From an uncultured candidate division Zixibacteria bacterium (GTDB lineage: Bacteria > Zixibacteria > MSB-5A5 > UBA10806 > 4484-95), in assembly GCA_963668625.2 (NCBI GenBank), contig CAXXKA010000008.1:640001-704000 (forward strand): DNA of 64,000 nt. The letters run 5' to 3'. Below, one piece after another: positions 1 to 11,053 of the stretch. The position numbers and the translations under genes are program-made. Each line of letters opens with the position of its first letter. The stretch's first letter is position 1. The notes under the pieces were generated by a model that did no database searches, had not been told where the DNA came from, and saw nothing but the letters and a program-made list of their open reading frames with translations.

Positions 1-1
1 A

Positions 2-292
2 TTTTTCAAAGAGCGAAATATTCGGATCCACTATGTTGATTTGAAAGAAAAAGGTATCAGCCCCGGCGAACTTCGCAGTGTATGCAATTCCATCCCTCTT
101 GATGAGTTAATAGATCGCGCTGGTAAACAGTACGAGAAACGCAATCTCAAATACATGAAATTCGACATGGAGTCCGAGCTTTTGGATGACCCGCTACTGC
201 TAAAAACCCCTATCGTTAGATTCAAACAAAAAGCCACTATCGGGCACGATCCTGATACCTGGAAAATCTGGTCGGTCGAGTTGAAAGACTAA
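2..292 (+). CDS. ArsC/Spx-family protein, 5'-truncated by the window edge
   Basis: Frame is open from base 2 (FFKERNIRIHYVDLKEKGISPGEL...PLLLKTPIVR...IG), which is the ArsC-family pattern. Confidence 0.75.
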   Translation, partial: FFKERNIRIHYVDLKEKGISPGELRSVCNSIPLDELIDRAGKQYEKRNLKYMKFDMESELLDDPLLLKTPIVRFKQKATIGHDPDTWKIWSVELKD

Positions 293-293
293 T

Positions 294-1667
294 ATGGGTG
301 AACCGGATTTGAAAAAAAGGACAGATTACACCGAGGGTTCGATTGGCGGTTCTATTATTAAAATGGGATTACCCTCGATGGTGGGCTTTCTGTCGCATAA
401 TATATATCATCTTGCCGACACTTTTTGGGTTTCGCGCCTCCCTGAAAAAGAAGCAGGCGTCGCCGCCCTGACATTTTTCGGTTCGATTATGTGGTTTGCT
501 TTTACTTTCAACCAATTGGTGGGACCCGGCTCGGTAGCGATTATATCTCGGCGCTACGGTGAAAAGCAATTCGATTTAGCCGAGAAAGCTATCAAGGAAT
601 CGATTCTCCTGAAGCTGTTGTTCGGCGCTATACTCGGTGTTGTCGGGTATATATTCACAGCCGATATGCTGGCGTTAATAGGGGCCGAGGGTCGGCCGCT
701 GGAAATAGGTATTGAATACAGTCGGGTACTTTTCATTGGTTTTCCGGTTATGTATGCTACATACACCCTATATACGGCAATGAGAGGAATCGCCAACCCT
801 AATATGGCCCTGGTTCTAATGCTTTCCTCGAGTATCCTGAATATGGCTCTTGATCCTATATTCATGTTCGGCCATTTCGGTATGCCGGCCATGGGCATTA
901 AAGGCGCGGCAGCGGCCTCGGTTACCAGTCATGCGCTCACTTTTTTCGTGGGGATCGGCTTATTCTACGCGGATATCCCGAACGTGAAACTTCATATTCG
1001 CGGCAAAGAGAAAATGAGCCTGGTATCGATGTGGCAAATACTGAAAATAGGCGTTCCCACCTGGCTGGGAGATATCTCGTTCTCCGGGGCAAGGATGATA
1101 ATCACTCGGCTGGTAGCTCCGTTCGGCACGGCTGTGGTTGCGGCCTATGGCGTTGGCAATCAGATCACCTCGTTCGGGATACATATCCTGATAGGTATCG
1201 GCCTTGGCCTTTCCTCCCTGATAGGCCATAATGTCGGCAGCGGCAAAATCGATCGCGCCAAGAAAATCGGTGACCAGTCGATTTTGATCGGAGTCGGCAT
1301 CATGATATTTCTGGGCCTGATCGTATTCGTATTCGCCGGCGACCTGATAAGGATATTTTTCGACAACCGTGAGACTATCGAACATGGCAGAAGAATGCTG
1401 CGGATATTCGCCGCCGGCTTCCCGTTCATCGGTGTTTTTATCATGCTCGAGGAGATTCATGTGGGCGTCGGCTTGAACTCTCCGACCATGGTGTTCAATA
1501 TCATCCATGCCTGGATTCTGGAGGTAGTACCTATTTATCTCCTGACCGTGTATTTCGGTTTTTCGGAGATCGCTATCTGGTGGATAATTTCCGGGGCAAC
1601 TTTTATAATCGCTATATCGTTCTTTATGTATTATCAACGCGGCAAATGGTTAACACATAAAGTATGA
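294..1667 (+). CDS. MATE family efflux transporter
   Basis: 457 aa, about 12 TM; motifs LADTFWVSRL, NMALDPIFMFG..MGIKGAAAAS, FGTAVVAAYGVG. Confidence 0.9.
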   Translation: MGEPDLKKRTDYTEGSIGGSIIKMGLPSMVGFLSHNIYHLADTFWVSRLPEKEAGVAALTFFGSIMWFAFTFNQLVGPGSVAIISRRYGEKQFDLAEKAIKESILLKLLFGAILGVVGYIFTADMLALIGAEGRPLEIGIEYSRVLFIGFPVMYATYTLYTAMRGIANPNMALVLMLSSSILNMALDPIFMFGHFGMPAMGIKGAAAASVTSHALTFFVGIGLFYADIPNVKLHIRGKEKMSLVSMWQILKIGVPTWLGDISFSGARMIITRLVAPFGTAVVAAYGVGNQITSFGIHILIGIGLGLSSLIGHNVGSGKIDRAKKIGDQSILIGVGIMIFLGLIVFVFAGDLIRIFFDNRETIEHGRRMLRIFAAGFPFIGVFIMLEEIHVGVGLNSPTMVFNIIHAWILEVVPIYLLTVYFGFSEIAIWWIISGATFIIAISFFMYYQRGKWLTHKV

Positions 1668-1692
1668 TTAAAATATCTGGCAATAGTAACCC

Positions 1693-2592
1693 ATGCATGA
1701 TTATTTAGGGCCCGCCGCCGCTTTATCGACGGCTTTCTGCTGGGCTTTTACCTCTCTATTTTTCACTATCGCCGGGCAGCGTGTCGGCTCGGTGGTGGTT
1801 AACCGTACTCGTCTACTGGTGGCGGTGTTTTTCCTCGGCATAACTCATGTCATTTTAATGGGTCAGATTTTTCCATTCGAGGCAAGTTTCCATAACTGGT
1901 TCTGGCTTGGCATGTCCGGCGTAATCGGACTGGCGGTGGGTGATGCCATGTTGTTTCAGGCATTCGTCGTTATCGGAACCAGGCTGCCTATTTTATTGAT
2001 GTCGCTGGCGCCGGTTATCGGCACTGTCGAGGCCTGGATATTCTTGAACGAGAAGTTAACACCCTTAGAGATACTTGGTATAGTCATAACCGTAAGCGGT
2101 ATTACCTGGGTATTGGCTGACAAAAACCGCGATATGAAATCGGCGGATAGGAAGAAACTGGCTATAGGCGTTCTGCTGGGTATCGGTGGCGCAGCCGGCC
2201 AGGCAACCGGCTTGCTGACCTCCAAAATCGGACTGGCTGGTGATTTCCCGGCGCTATCCGGTAATCTCATCAGAATGGTGGTAGCCGCCTCGGTGATGTG
2301 GTTGGCTACTATTTTCATGGGCAGGGCAAAATACACTATAAGCAAACTAAACGATTTGAAAGCGGTTAAAGCGATAATAGGCGGCGCTATATTCGGGCCG
2401 TTCGTTGGGGTGTGGATGTCTTTAGTAGCGGTGAAATATTCTCGTATAGGAATAGCCGCGACCCTCATGGCGCTCACTCCGATATTCACCATACCGCTAG
2501 TGCGTATCGTTTTCAAAGAGAATATATCCATTCATGCGATACTGGGGACGTTAATGGCAATTGCCGGCGTGGCTGTCCTGTTTTTGGGCTAA
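1693..2592 (+). CDS. DMT/EamA family transporter
   Basis: 299 aa, about 10 TM in two repeats (LAPV..IFLNEKL; LTPIF..VFKENI). Confidence 0.88.
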   Translation: MHDYLGPAAALSTAFCWAFTSLFFTIAGQRVGSVVVNRTRLLVAVFFLGITHVILMGQIFPFEASFHNWFWLGMSGVIGLAVGDAMLFQAFVVIGTRLPILLMSLAPVIGTVEAWIFLNEKLTPLEILGIVITVSGITWVLADKNRDMKSADRKKLAIGVLLGIGGAAGQATGLLTSKIGLAGDFPALSGNLIRMVVAASVMWLATIFMGRAKYTISKLNDLKAVKAIIGGAIFGPFVGVWMSLVAVKYSRIGIAATLMALTPIFTIPLVRIVFKENISIHAILGTLMAIAGVAVLFLG

Positions 2593-2704
2593 TCAAGCTC
2601 AGAATTGTTCTCTGTGGTGGAAATTTATTTCATATCCCGGCGCTTCGTATAGCCACTCTCTTTAAACCGACGTACTAAATAGACCGGTGCTTTTCACCAT
2701 TAAA

Positions 2705-2730
2705 AAAACCGCCCGTACACGAGCGGTTTT
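2705..2730. terminator. Probable bidirectional rho-independent terminator
   Basis: AAAACCGC-ccgtacacga-GCGGTTTT between convergent genes. Confidence 0.65.
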
Positions 2731-2750
2731 AGAATCTATTCTAATTCAGG

Positions 2751-3419
2751 CTAGAATTGATATTTCAACCCCAGACTGAGGCTATAAGCATATGAATCGC
2801 CGGACCATTTGTCCCATTCATAGATATAGGTAAACCTGTTCTCCACGTACACATCGATTTTGGTAAACAGATGGCTATCGAATCCCAGGCTAAAGAATGT
2901 TTGGCCTTTGGTATCAAGATAATTGTCAACCTTTACGACCTCCCAATAACCTGTACTGGGATCACGACGAGATTCCTCACGTCTTTCTTGCAGAAAATAA
3001 AATCCACCGCCGACGCCTGAATACAGATCAAGACCATCATTAAAAAGACTAAAGAATTTATAGCGGGTGAAAATCGAAAATTGCAGAGCTTGCTGATCAC
3101 GATTGAGTAAGCTGTCTTCCGTGATAACCGGCGTTCCGTCCAGCGTATCCGTATAACTGCCGGCGCGGATCAATTCGCCGGTAAAGGGATCGTTAAGATC
3201 GAAAGATCTCCACCATTTACCGACCTCGAAACCAATATCAAAGGTACCATCAGGATTGCCGAAAGATACTTTTATTCCGCCGCCAAAGGCTGCGCCGTTT
3301 GAGTCTGCTGGAAATACCGCAACACCATCAAAAGCTGTTTTCAAATTCCAATAATCTTGCGCCGATGCAGGTAGAGTCATCAATATAAGCAATGCTATAA
3401 CGATTAACGTTTTCCTCAT
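2751..3419 (-). CDS. Small outer-membrane beta-barrel protein
   Basis: Signal peptide (ASA|Q), amphipathic strands such as YSGVGGGFYF, and C-terminal LGLKYQF (BAM-type terminal Phe). Confidence 0.75.
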   Translation of the reverse strand: MRKTLIVIALLILMTLPASAQDYWNLKTAFDGVAVFPADSNGAAFGGGIKVSFGNPDGTFDIGFEVGKWWRSFDLNDPFTGELIRAGSYTDTLDGTPVITEDSLLNRDQQALQFSIFTRYKFFSLFNDGLDLYSGVGGGFYFLQERREESRRDPSTGYWEVVKVDNYLDTKGQTFFSLGFDSHLFTKIDVYVENRFTYIYEWDKWSGDSYAYSLSLGLKYQF

Positions 3420-3595
3420 TCTTTCATCTCCTTTAGCTTCACCAATAATTCATTGTCGCTAATATATATATTTCAAATCTAAAGGGCAAGATGCTATCTG
3501 TATTTTTGCAAAAATTTTCTGAGCTGCAGCATCAATAAAATACCCGCAATGCTATATTAGTGTTGATACAAATTAACCAGCCGTATATTCCTTAT

Positions 3596-4354
3596 TTACC
3601 TATTTCCAGCAGGTTTTTTTCGTTTAACTACGGTTTTATCAGTTCCCAGCAGTTTCATGAAAAACAACCGCCAGACTCCCAGCACAGCCTCATACACGAT
3701 CTTCCGGGACATCTTCGAGGTGCCCTCCTGGCGATCAACGAAAATAATGTTGATCTCTTTGATTCTCAGGCCGGCCCGCCAGATAAAGAAGCTCATCTCA
3801 ACCTGGAAACAATAGCCATTTGATCTAATTTTGTCGAGATTAAGCCTCTCAAGTGCCTCTCGGCGGAAACATTTAAATCCGCCGGTGGGATCCTGAACCG
3901 GCAATCCGGTGATTATCCGTACATAAAACGAGGCGAAATATGAAAGCAAAAGTCTGCTCATGGGCCAGTTGATAATGCTTATACCGTTGATATAGCGGGA
4001 TCCAATTACCAGGTCGGCCTCTTTGATAGCTTCTCTAAACCTTGGAATAACATTTGGATCGTGAGAAAAGTCGGCATCCATTTCCATGAGATAGCCGATT
4101 TGAGGTAACTCAAGACCATACTTGAATCCATCAATGTAGGCGGTGCCGAGTCCCATTTTCCCGGGTCGCCTGAGAAGATGGACGCGAGGATTTTGAGCTT
4201 TCAGACTCTCGACGATATCCCCGGTTCCATCCGGTGAGTTATCATCGACAATGAGCACCTCTATGTCATCACCCTGTTTTAAGACAACATCGATAATATT
4301 GCTGATATTGTCTTTCTCGTTGTAAGTTGGTATACAAACCAGAATATTGTTCAT
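3596..4354 (-). CDS. Polyprenol monophosphomannose synthase (GT2, DPM1/Ppm1-like)
   Basis: IPTYNE, VDDNSPDGT, GLGTAY, MDADFSHDP, DPTGGFKCFR, SNGYCFQVE. Confidence 0.92.
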   Translation of the reverse strand: MNNILVCIPTYNEKDNISNIIDVVLKQGDDIEVLIVDDNSPDGTGDIVESLKAQNPRVHLLRRPGKMGLGTAYIDGFKYGLELPQIGYLMEMDADFSHDPNVIPRFREAIKEADLVIGSRYINGISIINWPMSRLLLSYFASFYVRIITGLPVQDPTGGFKCFRREALERLNLDKIRSNGYCFQVEMSFFIWRAGLRIKEINIIFVDRQEGTSKMSRKIVYEAVLGVWRLFFMKLLGTDKTVVKRKKPAGNR

Positions 4355-5316
4355 CTGTACCTCGGCGAAAAAACATAATGTATTGCCCCAAATATAATCA
4401 ATGACCAGTAACTAATCAACCTATCTGCGATAACAATCGCGGCGGCGGCTTCCTGACTATATCCGGCCGGAATCAGCACCCCGAACATCAGTAATTCCAC
4501 CAGTCCCAGACCCGCCGGTGTTAATGGCAGGCTCATGATAATCAGGGCAGCCTGGGCAACGAATACCGCCAGCAGGAAATCGAACTGATAGCCCAGCGCC
4601 CAGGCAACGAAATACAGCCTCGCCGATTCGGAAAGCCAAATCAACAGGCTTTCAATCATAATAAACGGCGCCTGCTTGGGCGATCTGAAAAGCCCTTGAC
4701 GAAATGAATCGTAGTATTTCCTGATTTTTTCGGGCATCCATTTTTCCAACCAGTTGGCCCGCCATGAGAAAACGATAAATACTATTATGATACCAAAAAC
4801 CGCGATTAATCCGTAAGTCAGGCTATTTCTTATTTGCTCGGAAGCTATCCGATTCATGTAAATCAAACCGCCCAGCACGACTAATATAGCTGTCGCCGCC
4901 AGATCGAAAATACGCTCCGAGAAAAGTACACCCAGCGATAAAGAAAACGATACCTGCCGGTTTTTTTTCAGCAAGTAACATCGGTAAAGATCCCCTATAC
5001 GAGCAGGCAGGATAGAGTTGGCGAACCAGGCCATGAAATAAACCCTGGTAAGCTCCAGAACCGGAACCTCGATGTTAGATTCTTTTAACAACTTCCGCCA
5101 TCTATGGCCACGCATGGGCAAAAAACCATAGAACACTATCAGCGCTGCCAGCATCAGGAAAATGTTAGCGCTGCTTATGATATTTAATGTATCTTTGAAA
5201 TCAAAACGAGTCGTGAATACGTAAATGATAACCGCGGCAATCACGAAACCTATAAGTGTGTTAAAACGAAACAGCTTGCTTTTTAAATCTATTGATTGTT
5301 CGTTTTGCTCGCTCAT
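4351..5316 (-). CDS. Lysylphosphatidylglycerol-synthase TM-domain (UPF0104) flippase-like protein
   Basis: RW..LL, NSILPARIGDLYR, ERIFD, TPAGLG.VE, DRLISYW; 4-bp overlap with the GT2 gene. Confidence 0.85.
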   Translation of the reverse strand: MSEQNEQSIDLKSKLFRFNTLIGFVIAAVIIYVFTTRFDFKDTLNIISSANIFLMLAALIVFYGFLPMRGHRWRKLLKESNIEVPVLELTRVYFMAWFANSILPARIGDLYRCYLLKKNRQVSFSLSLGVLFSERIFDLAATAILVVLGGLIYMNRIASEQIRNSLTYGLIAVFGIIIVFIVFSWRANWLEKWMPEKIRKYYDSFRQGLFRSPKQAPFIMIESLLIWLSESARLYFVAWALGYQFDFLLAVFVAQAALIIMSLPLTPAGLGLVELLMFGVLIPAGYSQEAAAAIVIADRLISYWSLIIFGAIHYVFSPRYR

Positions 5317-5590
5317 TGATTACTAACTTTCCGTTAAAATGAAAAACTCTCGATACCCTCGTCTTTGATGATGAAGATAATTAATATCTTACGCTTTTCA
5401 AACTATAAATTTCCAAAATTATTGTATTCATATGAACAAAATTAAATACAGGCAACTATAATAATGCTAACATTGTTAACAATAATATGTTTTAATTTTG
5501 CTTAAAATTACCTCACTAAATAATGTTTAATCAAATCAGCCGATAAATTCAGAAGGAACTAAAAAGTATAATCAGACAGGAATACTGAAA

Positions 5591-6271
5591 ATGGGAAATA
5601 ACGATAGCCGAATATTCAGGGTAAAAGACTGTACACTAATCGTTCGTATGGGCGGAGTCGAACCGGCCATGAATTTGCGCGAATTCCGCGAACGTCTGAA
5701 AATATGTCCGCCGGAATGTTTATACCATCATTTCTCCGAAACGCTGATCCGGCCCACTTTCGACTATCCCGAATTTCGTAATGATTTTGCCATCTGGAGC
5801 TACAGGAGCTTGCGAGACAAGATCTTGGCCGAGCGCCTGGGGGTGATTAACCCGCATTCGTTTGCCAACCTCGAGGAACTCCGCCGATATCTCGTGGATG
5901 TTATTGATGAGCGACTGGATGAGATACATCACATCCCCTGGGTCGAAAAGGGTAATGAATTCAGGTTTTTACGGGCGGCAACGATAGTATTCGATACTGG
6001 TCTGGATTTACACGCGCCTATCGACTTGATTAAACATCTGCCGCAACTGAGCACTTCGAGTATCTACTATCATTTCATAGAGGCCAGGAGACGTACCGAG
6101 ACAAGTACCGATGATTTCACGGCCTGGCTTCAAACATTCGAAAATGCCCCGAAAAAATTGATTGATCTGCTGGCGGAGATCGATTTCTACTTTTTCAATT
6201 TAAGCGAATTGAGGGAAACCCTCATAGAAGAGACAGTCAATTTGGAGGAGGGAGATTTATTTTATGTCTAA
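5591..6271 (+). CDS. DUF5752 family protein
   Basis: Two internal repeats (LYHHF..NDFAIW / IYYHF..DDFTAW); typical neighbour of treT. Confidence 0.8.
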   Translation: MGNNDSRIFRVKDCTLIVRMGGVEPAMNLREFRERLKICPPECLYHHFSETLIRPTFDYPEFRNDFAIWSYRSLRDKILAERLGVINPHSFANLEELRRYLVDVIDERLDEIHHIPWVEKGNEFRFLRAATIVFDTGLDLHAPIDLIKHLPQLSTSSIYYHFIEARRRTETSTDDFTAWLQTFENAPKKLIDLLAEIDFYFFNLSELRETLIEETVNLEEGDLFYV

Positions 6272-7502
6272 CACCCTGGCAGAATACGAACCTATCGCAG
6301 GTAAATCAGCGATCTCCCAGCTTCAACAGCTTGCCGAAAGACTGCGGGGAGCCTCAGTCGTGCATGTCAACTCCACCCGTGAGGGAGGCGGCGTTGCCGA
6401 AATTCTCAATTGGCTGGTGCCCATGATGAATGAGTTAGGGCTTAACGCCTCCTGGGAGGTTGTTGAGGGTAATCCCGAATATTTCAATACCACCAAAGCT
6501 TTTCATAACGGCCTTCAGGGGAAAAGTGTGCTTTTGACACATAGTATGATATCAGCCTATGAGGAAACGGTAGCGGCAAATGCCGAACGCCTGCGCCAGA
6601 AATTGGAAGAGGCCGATTTCGTCATCATTCATGATCCTCAACCGGCCACGCTGTTCGATCTATGCCCGAATCGCAGGGGCAAGTGGATATGGCGATGTCA
6701 TATCGATGTCAGCAAACCGTATCGCAAGGTATGGAACTACCTGAAATCGAAAGTACAGCACTACGATGCCAGTATTTTCTCGATGGCCGATTTCGCTCAG
6801 CCTATGCCTCATCCTCAATTTTTAATCGCCCCCAGTATCGATCCGTTAAGCATAAAAAACTGTAGTTTGAATACTCGTTATATAAACAGCGTATTGCAGA
6901 AATATGAGATACCCTCGGGAAAACCGATACTCACCCAGGTTTCGCGATTCGATAGGTTTAAAGACCCTATCGGCGTGATCGAAGCTTTCAAAATATTGCG
7001 GCAGGGATTATCCGCCGAGTTGGTTTTAGCCGGCGGTGGAGCAACCGATGACCCGGAGGGCGCGGCCGTGCTCGAGGAAGTCAAGGAGGCGGCTGAGGGT
7101 GATGAAAGAATACACATTTTGTTTTTACCGCCGGATGCTCATAAAACTATCAATGCTCTTCAACGTGCCTCGACTGTTGTCATACAGAAATCACTACAGG
7201 AAGGATTCGGCCTGACAGTTACCGAGGCTCTGTGGAAAGGAAAACCCGTAATCGGCGGTAATGTAGGCGGCATTAGACGGCAAGTCTATAACCATCACAC
7301 CGGTTTTCTAGTTGATACTCCGGAAGGCATGGCAATAAGGGTGCGGTACCTGTTAAACCATCCCGGCAGAATGAAAACCATAGGTAAAACCGCCAAACAG
7401 TTCGTCCGGGAAAATTTCTTGTTAACTCGTCACCTGCGCGAATATTTGACATTGTTGCTGGGGCTTAATCAGGGCTTGAGCGACCACCTGATGGCAGACT
7501 GA
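6264..7502 (+). CDS. treT: Trehalose synthase TreT-like GT4 glycosyltransferase
   Basis: HVNST..GGGVAEIL, IHDPQP, WRCHID, QVSRFDRFKDP, QKS..EGFGLTVTEALWK. Confidence 0.85.
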   Translation: MSNTLAEYEPIAGKSAISQLQQLAERLRGASVVHVNSTREGGGVAEILNWLVPMMNELGLNASWEVVEGNPEYFNTTKAFHNGLQGKSVLLTHSMISAYEETVAANAERLRQKLEEADFVIIHDPQPATLFDLCPNRRGKWIWRCHIDVSKPYRKVWNYLKSKVQHYDASIFSMADFAQPMPHPQFLIAPSIDPLSIKNCSLNTRYINSVLQKYEIPSGKPILTQVSRFDRFKDPIGVIEAFKILRQGLSAELVLAGGGATDDPEGAAVLEEVKEAAEGDERIHILFLPPDAHKTINALQRASTVVIQKSLQEGFGLTVTEALWKGKPVIGGNVGGIRRQVYNHHTGFLVDTPEGMAIRVRYLLNHPGRMKTIGKTAKQFVRENFLLTRHLREYLTLLLGLNQGLSDHLMAD

Positions 7503-7506
7503 TTAA

Positions 7507-8277
7507 ATGAAAGTTTTAAATCGAAAAGTAAATCTCGATAAGTTTTATAGCTCCTTGAAATCCAGTAATTGCAAGGTTCTGCTTCTGGATTATGACGGCA
7601 CCCTGGCGCCATTCAGGAAAGAGCGCGATAAAGCTTATCCTTACGAGCAAATACCGCCAATTTTGGATGAACTGATCGAAAGCGATAAGACCAGGGTGAT
7701 ACTAATAAGCGGTCGGACGATCGAGGATCTCAAACCGCTTCTAAAACTAAAAAGATTTCCCGAGATATGGGGATCGCATGGCTGGGAGCATCTGGCGGCG
7801 GATGGCACATACACGGCGTTCGAGCTCGATAGTAAGATGCGCACGGGGCTTGCCCTGGCGGGCAAATGGATCGAGAGGCAGGGGTATGGCGAGCGGGTCG
7901 AACTTAAACATGGCAGCTTGGCGGTTCACTGGCGAGGGCTGAGTAACGAGGAAATATTAACGATTAAAAACGATGTCGTCGATAACCTGTTTCCGATTGC
8001 CAGAAGTTCATCGCTGGAGCTAAGGGATTTTGACGGAGGAATAGAACTTCGCGCTCCCGGCAAAGACAAAGGCCAGGCCGTGAAAAAAATCCTTTCGGGT
8101 TTGCCCGATGCTGTGGTATCATATTTAGGGGATGACTTAACGGATGAAGATGCGTTTCGGGCGCTCGGAGGTTCGGGGCTCAGTATTCTGGTTAATTCCA
8201 ATAAGCGCCCGACCCTGGCTGATGTTTGGTTAAAACCGCCCGATGAGCTTTTGGATTTCCTTCTGGCCTGGAGATAA
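7507..8277 (+). CDS. otsB: Trehalose-6-phosphate phosphatase (HAD)
   Basis: LLDYDGTLAP, ISGR, GSHG, DKG, YLGDDLTDEDAF. Confidence 0.92.
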   Translation: MKVLNRKVNLDKFYSSLKSSNCKVLLLDYDGTLAPFRKERDKAYPYEQIPPILDELIESDKTRVILISGRTIEDLKPLLKLKRFPEIWGSHGWEHLAADGTYTAFELDSKMRTGLALAGKWIERQGYGERVELKHGSLAVHWRGLSNEEILTIKNDVVDNLFPIARSSSLELRDFDGGIELRAPGKDKGQAVKKILSGLPDAVVSYLGDDLTDEDAFRALGGSGLSILVNSNKRPTLADVWLKPPDELLDFLLAWR

Positions 8278-8334
8278 TCAGGTTAAGGCTTCCCGATTAA
8301 ATCTTTTAAGATCGTTTATTAAGGATGTGAGAAA

Positions 8335-9798
8335 TTGAAATTCACGCGCAAACATACTCTTCACGATAGAATTGGCGGTCGACGACTTCTGGTTGTTTCC
8401 AATCGATTGCCTGCGGCTGTCGACAAAACCGATGACGGTTGGAAAATAAGGCCGGCCACCGGTGGTCTGGTTACCGCACTGGCGCCGATCATGAAGCAAA
8501 ATCACGGCCTATGGATTGGCTGGCCCGGCAGCGCCACCGGTATCCCCTACGAACAGCTATTGGATGAATTCAGCGAAAGTTATGATTACGCTTTGAAACC
8601 CGTGCTACTTACGGAGGATGAGCTGGAGAAATACTATTACGGTTTCTCGAATGAGACGATCTGGCCGCTTTTTCATGACCTCCTGGGGTATTGCAAATTC
8701 GATATCGAGAACTGGTTGGCATATAAGAAAGTGAATCAAAAATTCGCAGCGGTTGTCGCCGAATCTATTCAACCGGATGATTTCATCTGGATACACGATT
8801 ATCATCTAACGTTGGTAGCCCATTATCTCAGGGAACATAATCCCGGCCTGAACCTCACTTTCTTCAATCATATACCGTTCCCCTCTTACGATTTATTCCG
8901 TCGTCTGCCCTGGCGAGAGGAGATGATAAAGGGAATGATCGCTTATGACCTGATCGGTTTCCAGACCCTTCGTGACAGGCGTAATTTCGTGCAATGTGTC
9001 AAGAGCATTCTTCCCCGCGCGAACGTGAAAATAAAAAGGCGTTACTCTCTGATTTATCTGGATAACCGGGTTATTAAGGTAGGAAATTTCCCCATTAGCA
9101 TCGATTTCGATGAGTTTAACGAACTGGCTAAAACCAGAGAGGTTTCCGATGAAGCCTGGATATTTCACGAAAAATTCGGCCGCCGCAGCATAATACTTGG
9201 TGTCGACCGTCTGGACTATACCAAAGGTATTCCCGAACGGCTGCTGGCATTCGAGCGAGCGTTGGAAAAATATCCAGACCTTCACGAAAACTTGAGTCTA
9301 TTCCAACTTCTGATACCCAGCCGCACGCCCGTTCCCGAATACAAGAACTTGAAAGAGCAACTCGATACGCTTGTCGGTCGAATCAATGGCCGGTTCTCCA
9401 CGCCGGGCTGGATACCTATCCATTACATGTTCAGGACACTGGATAGAATCAAGCTCTCCAGCACGTATAAAGCCTGCGAGATTGCCCTGATCACACCTTT
9501 AAGGGATGGTATGAACCTGGTTGCTAAAGAGTATTGTGCCAGTTCCATAGATAACGAGGGTGTACTGGTGCTAAGCGAATTTGCCGGCGCGGCGGAACAG
9601 TTGGAGGATAACGCCCTAATCGTTAATCCGTACAACATCGATGAGACGGCTGATACCATTTATCGCGCATTCACCATGCCTGCCGAACAAAGGCGGGCGC
9701 GTATGGCGAAACTGCGAGCCGACATAAAACGCACTGATGTTCATACCTGGGTGAAATGGTTTATCGAATCATACCAGGACGGACGAATAGGTAATTAA
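8335..9798 (+). CDS. otsA: Trehalose-6-phosphate synthase (GT20)
   Basis: [50 protein letters not shown]. Confidence 0.95.
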   Translation: MKFTRKHTLHDRIGGRRLLVVSNRLPAAVDKTDDGWKIRPATGGLVTALAPIMKQNHGLWIGWPGSATGIPYEQLLDEFSESYDYALKPVLLTEDELEKYYYGFSNETIWPLFHDLLGYCKFDIENWLAYKKVNQKFAAVVAESIQPDDFIWIHDYHLTLVAHYLREHNPGLNLTFFNHIPFPSYDLFRRLPWREEMIKGMIAYDLIGFQTLRDRRNFVQCVKSILPRANVKIKRRYSLIYLDNRVIKVGNFPISIDFDEFNELAKTREVSDEAWIFHEKFGRRSIILGVDRLDYTKGIPERLLAFERALEKYPDLHENLSLFQLLIPSRTPVPEYKNLKEQLDTLVGRINGRFSTPGWIPIHYMFRTLDRIKLSSTYKACEIALITPLRDGMNLVAKEYCASSIDNEGVLVLSEFAGAAEQLEDNALIVNPYNIDETADTIYRAFTMPAEQRRARMAKLRADIKRTDVHTWVKWFIESYQDGRIGN

Positions 9799-9835
9799 AT
9801 AACCTCCACCTTAAAAATGAATCGAGATTAATACT

Positions 9836-10585
9836 TTGAGTAAAAGTTCACCCGGCAAATTGATCATAGGCCTGTTATTCTGCTTGATAGTATCGTTGGT
9901 CGGTAATATTCATCTTTTTTATCGCGCTTTCGATTACCGCGAGGGCGCCAACGAGTGGCTCGATAAATACACCGACGTTGTCGAGGAATATTCGAGTTTA
10001 AGCGCATATCATGAGGCAAATAAACCATTGCAATCCGATATCGTGGTTGATAATCGAATCGTGTTCTACGGTACGCAGGTTATAGAACGCTGGGATGTTG
10101 GCAAGTATTTCCCCGACTACGAGGTGATTAACCGAGGCGTGAATGGCCAGTGGGTTTCTGGCTTGCTGTTGCGTTTCGGTCAGGATGTCGTTTCTTTGAA
10201 ACCGGAATATGTCGTTATCGAGGTAAGCTCGTATAATCTTCGGCCCCGGTTTTCGCTTGAGATGATTCAATCACATGTTAAATCGATGGCTGATATCTCG
10301 CGGAGTAACGGAATACAACCCATCCTTACAACTATGATTCCTCAACGTTCCGGTTATGATGATTTTGGCGAGTACTCTGTCATGAAAACGCTCGATCGAT
10401 ATAATATCTGGATAGCCGATTTCTGCCGCGATGAAAATATCTCCTGCCTGGATATGAATGGCATTCTTTCAGATAAAGATGGCTACCTGAATAATGAATT
10501 ATCTTTCGATGCCGTCGACCCGAACGAGCGTGGTTATGAATTAATCTCGAAAGCATTAGGCCAAATGTTAATACGAAAAAAATAG
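9836..10585 (+). CDS. Membrane-anchored SGNH/GDSL-fold protein with degenerate catalytic residues
   Basis: N-terminal TM; INRGVNGQ..LLLRF.QDV; block I reads GTQ instead of GDS, block V reads DAVDPN instead of DxxHPN. Confidence 0.75.
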   Translation: MSKSSPGKLIIGLLFCLIVSLVGNIHLFYRAFDYREGANEWLDKYTDVVEEYSSLSAYHEANKPLQSDIVVDNRIVFYGTQVIERWDVGKYFPDYEVINRGVNGQWVSGLLLRFGQDVVSLKPEYVVIEVSSYNLRPRFSLEMIQSHVKSMADISRSNGIQPILTTMIPQRSGYDDFGEYSVMKTLDRYNIWIADFCRDENISCLDMNGILSDKDGYLNNELSFDAVDPNERGYELISKALGQMLIRKK

Positions 10586-11053
10586 GATATTTTTAAAGGC
10601 GACCGGAGTTATCCTCTAACGTACTGAATAATTTGATACATATCAACATTATCATTATCCGAAAGGAAAACGTATTAGAGCGATGATTCAAGATGAAACA
10701 TGATTGTTTTTAAAGTCGGCTTGAACGAGTACGATATTTTCAACAAAAGACGTTTGTTGAAATAAGCGTAATCTTTTAATTATCAAAAACTTATGTTAGT
10801 GCTTTTCTATGCAGTGGAATCTCTGGAAAAGTTATCACTGAATATCTGCAATTTACTTATTCCCAACTGTTTAAAATAGCAATTGCCTTGATGGAATTTG
10901 TGTATCTTTAATTGCCGTAACGAAATAATCTAAATATTTATCCGATATATCATAATACGAATATCTTTCATCGAGTGCGAGGGTATTCCGAATCTCTCGT
11001 GTTCAATGTCTATGACTGCAAACGTTATTATCAATATAAAGAAAGGGTCAGCA

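Noticed and set aside
5472-5483. ATTGTTAACAAT palindrome in the divergent promoter region
   Set aside because: Short and in very AT-rich DNA, so plausible by chance
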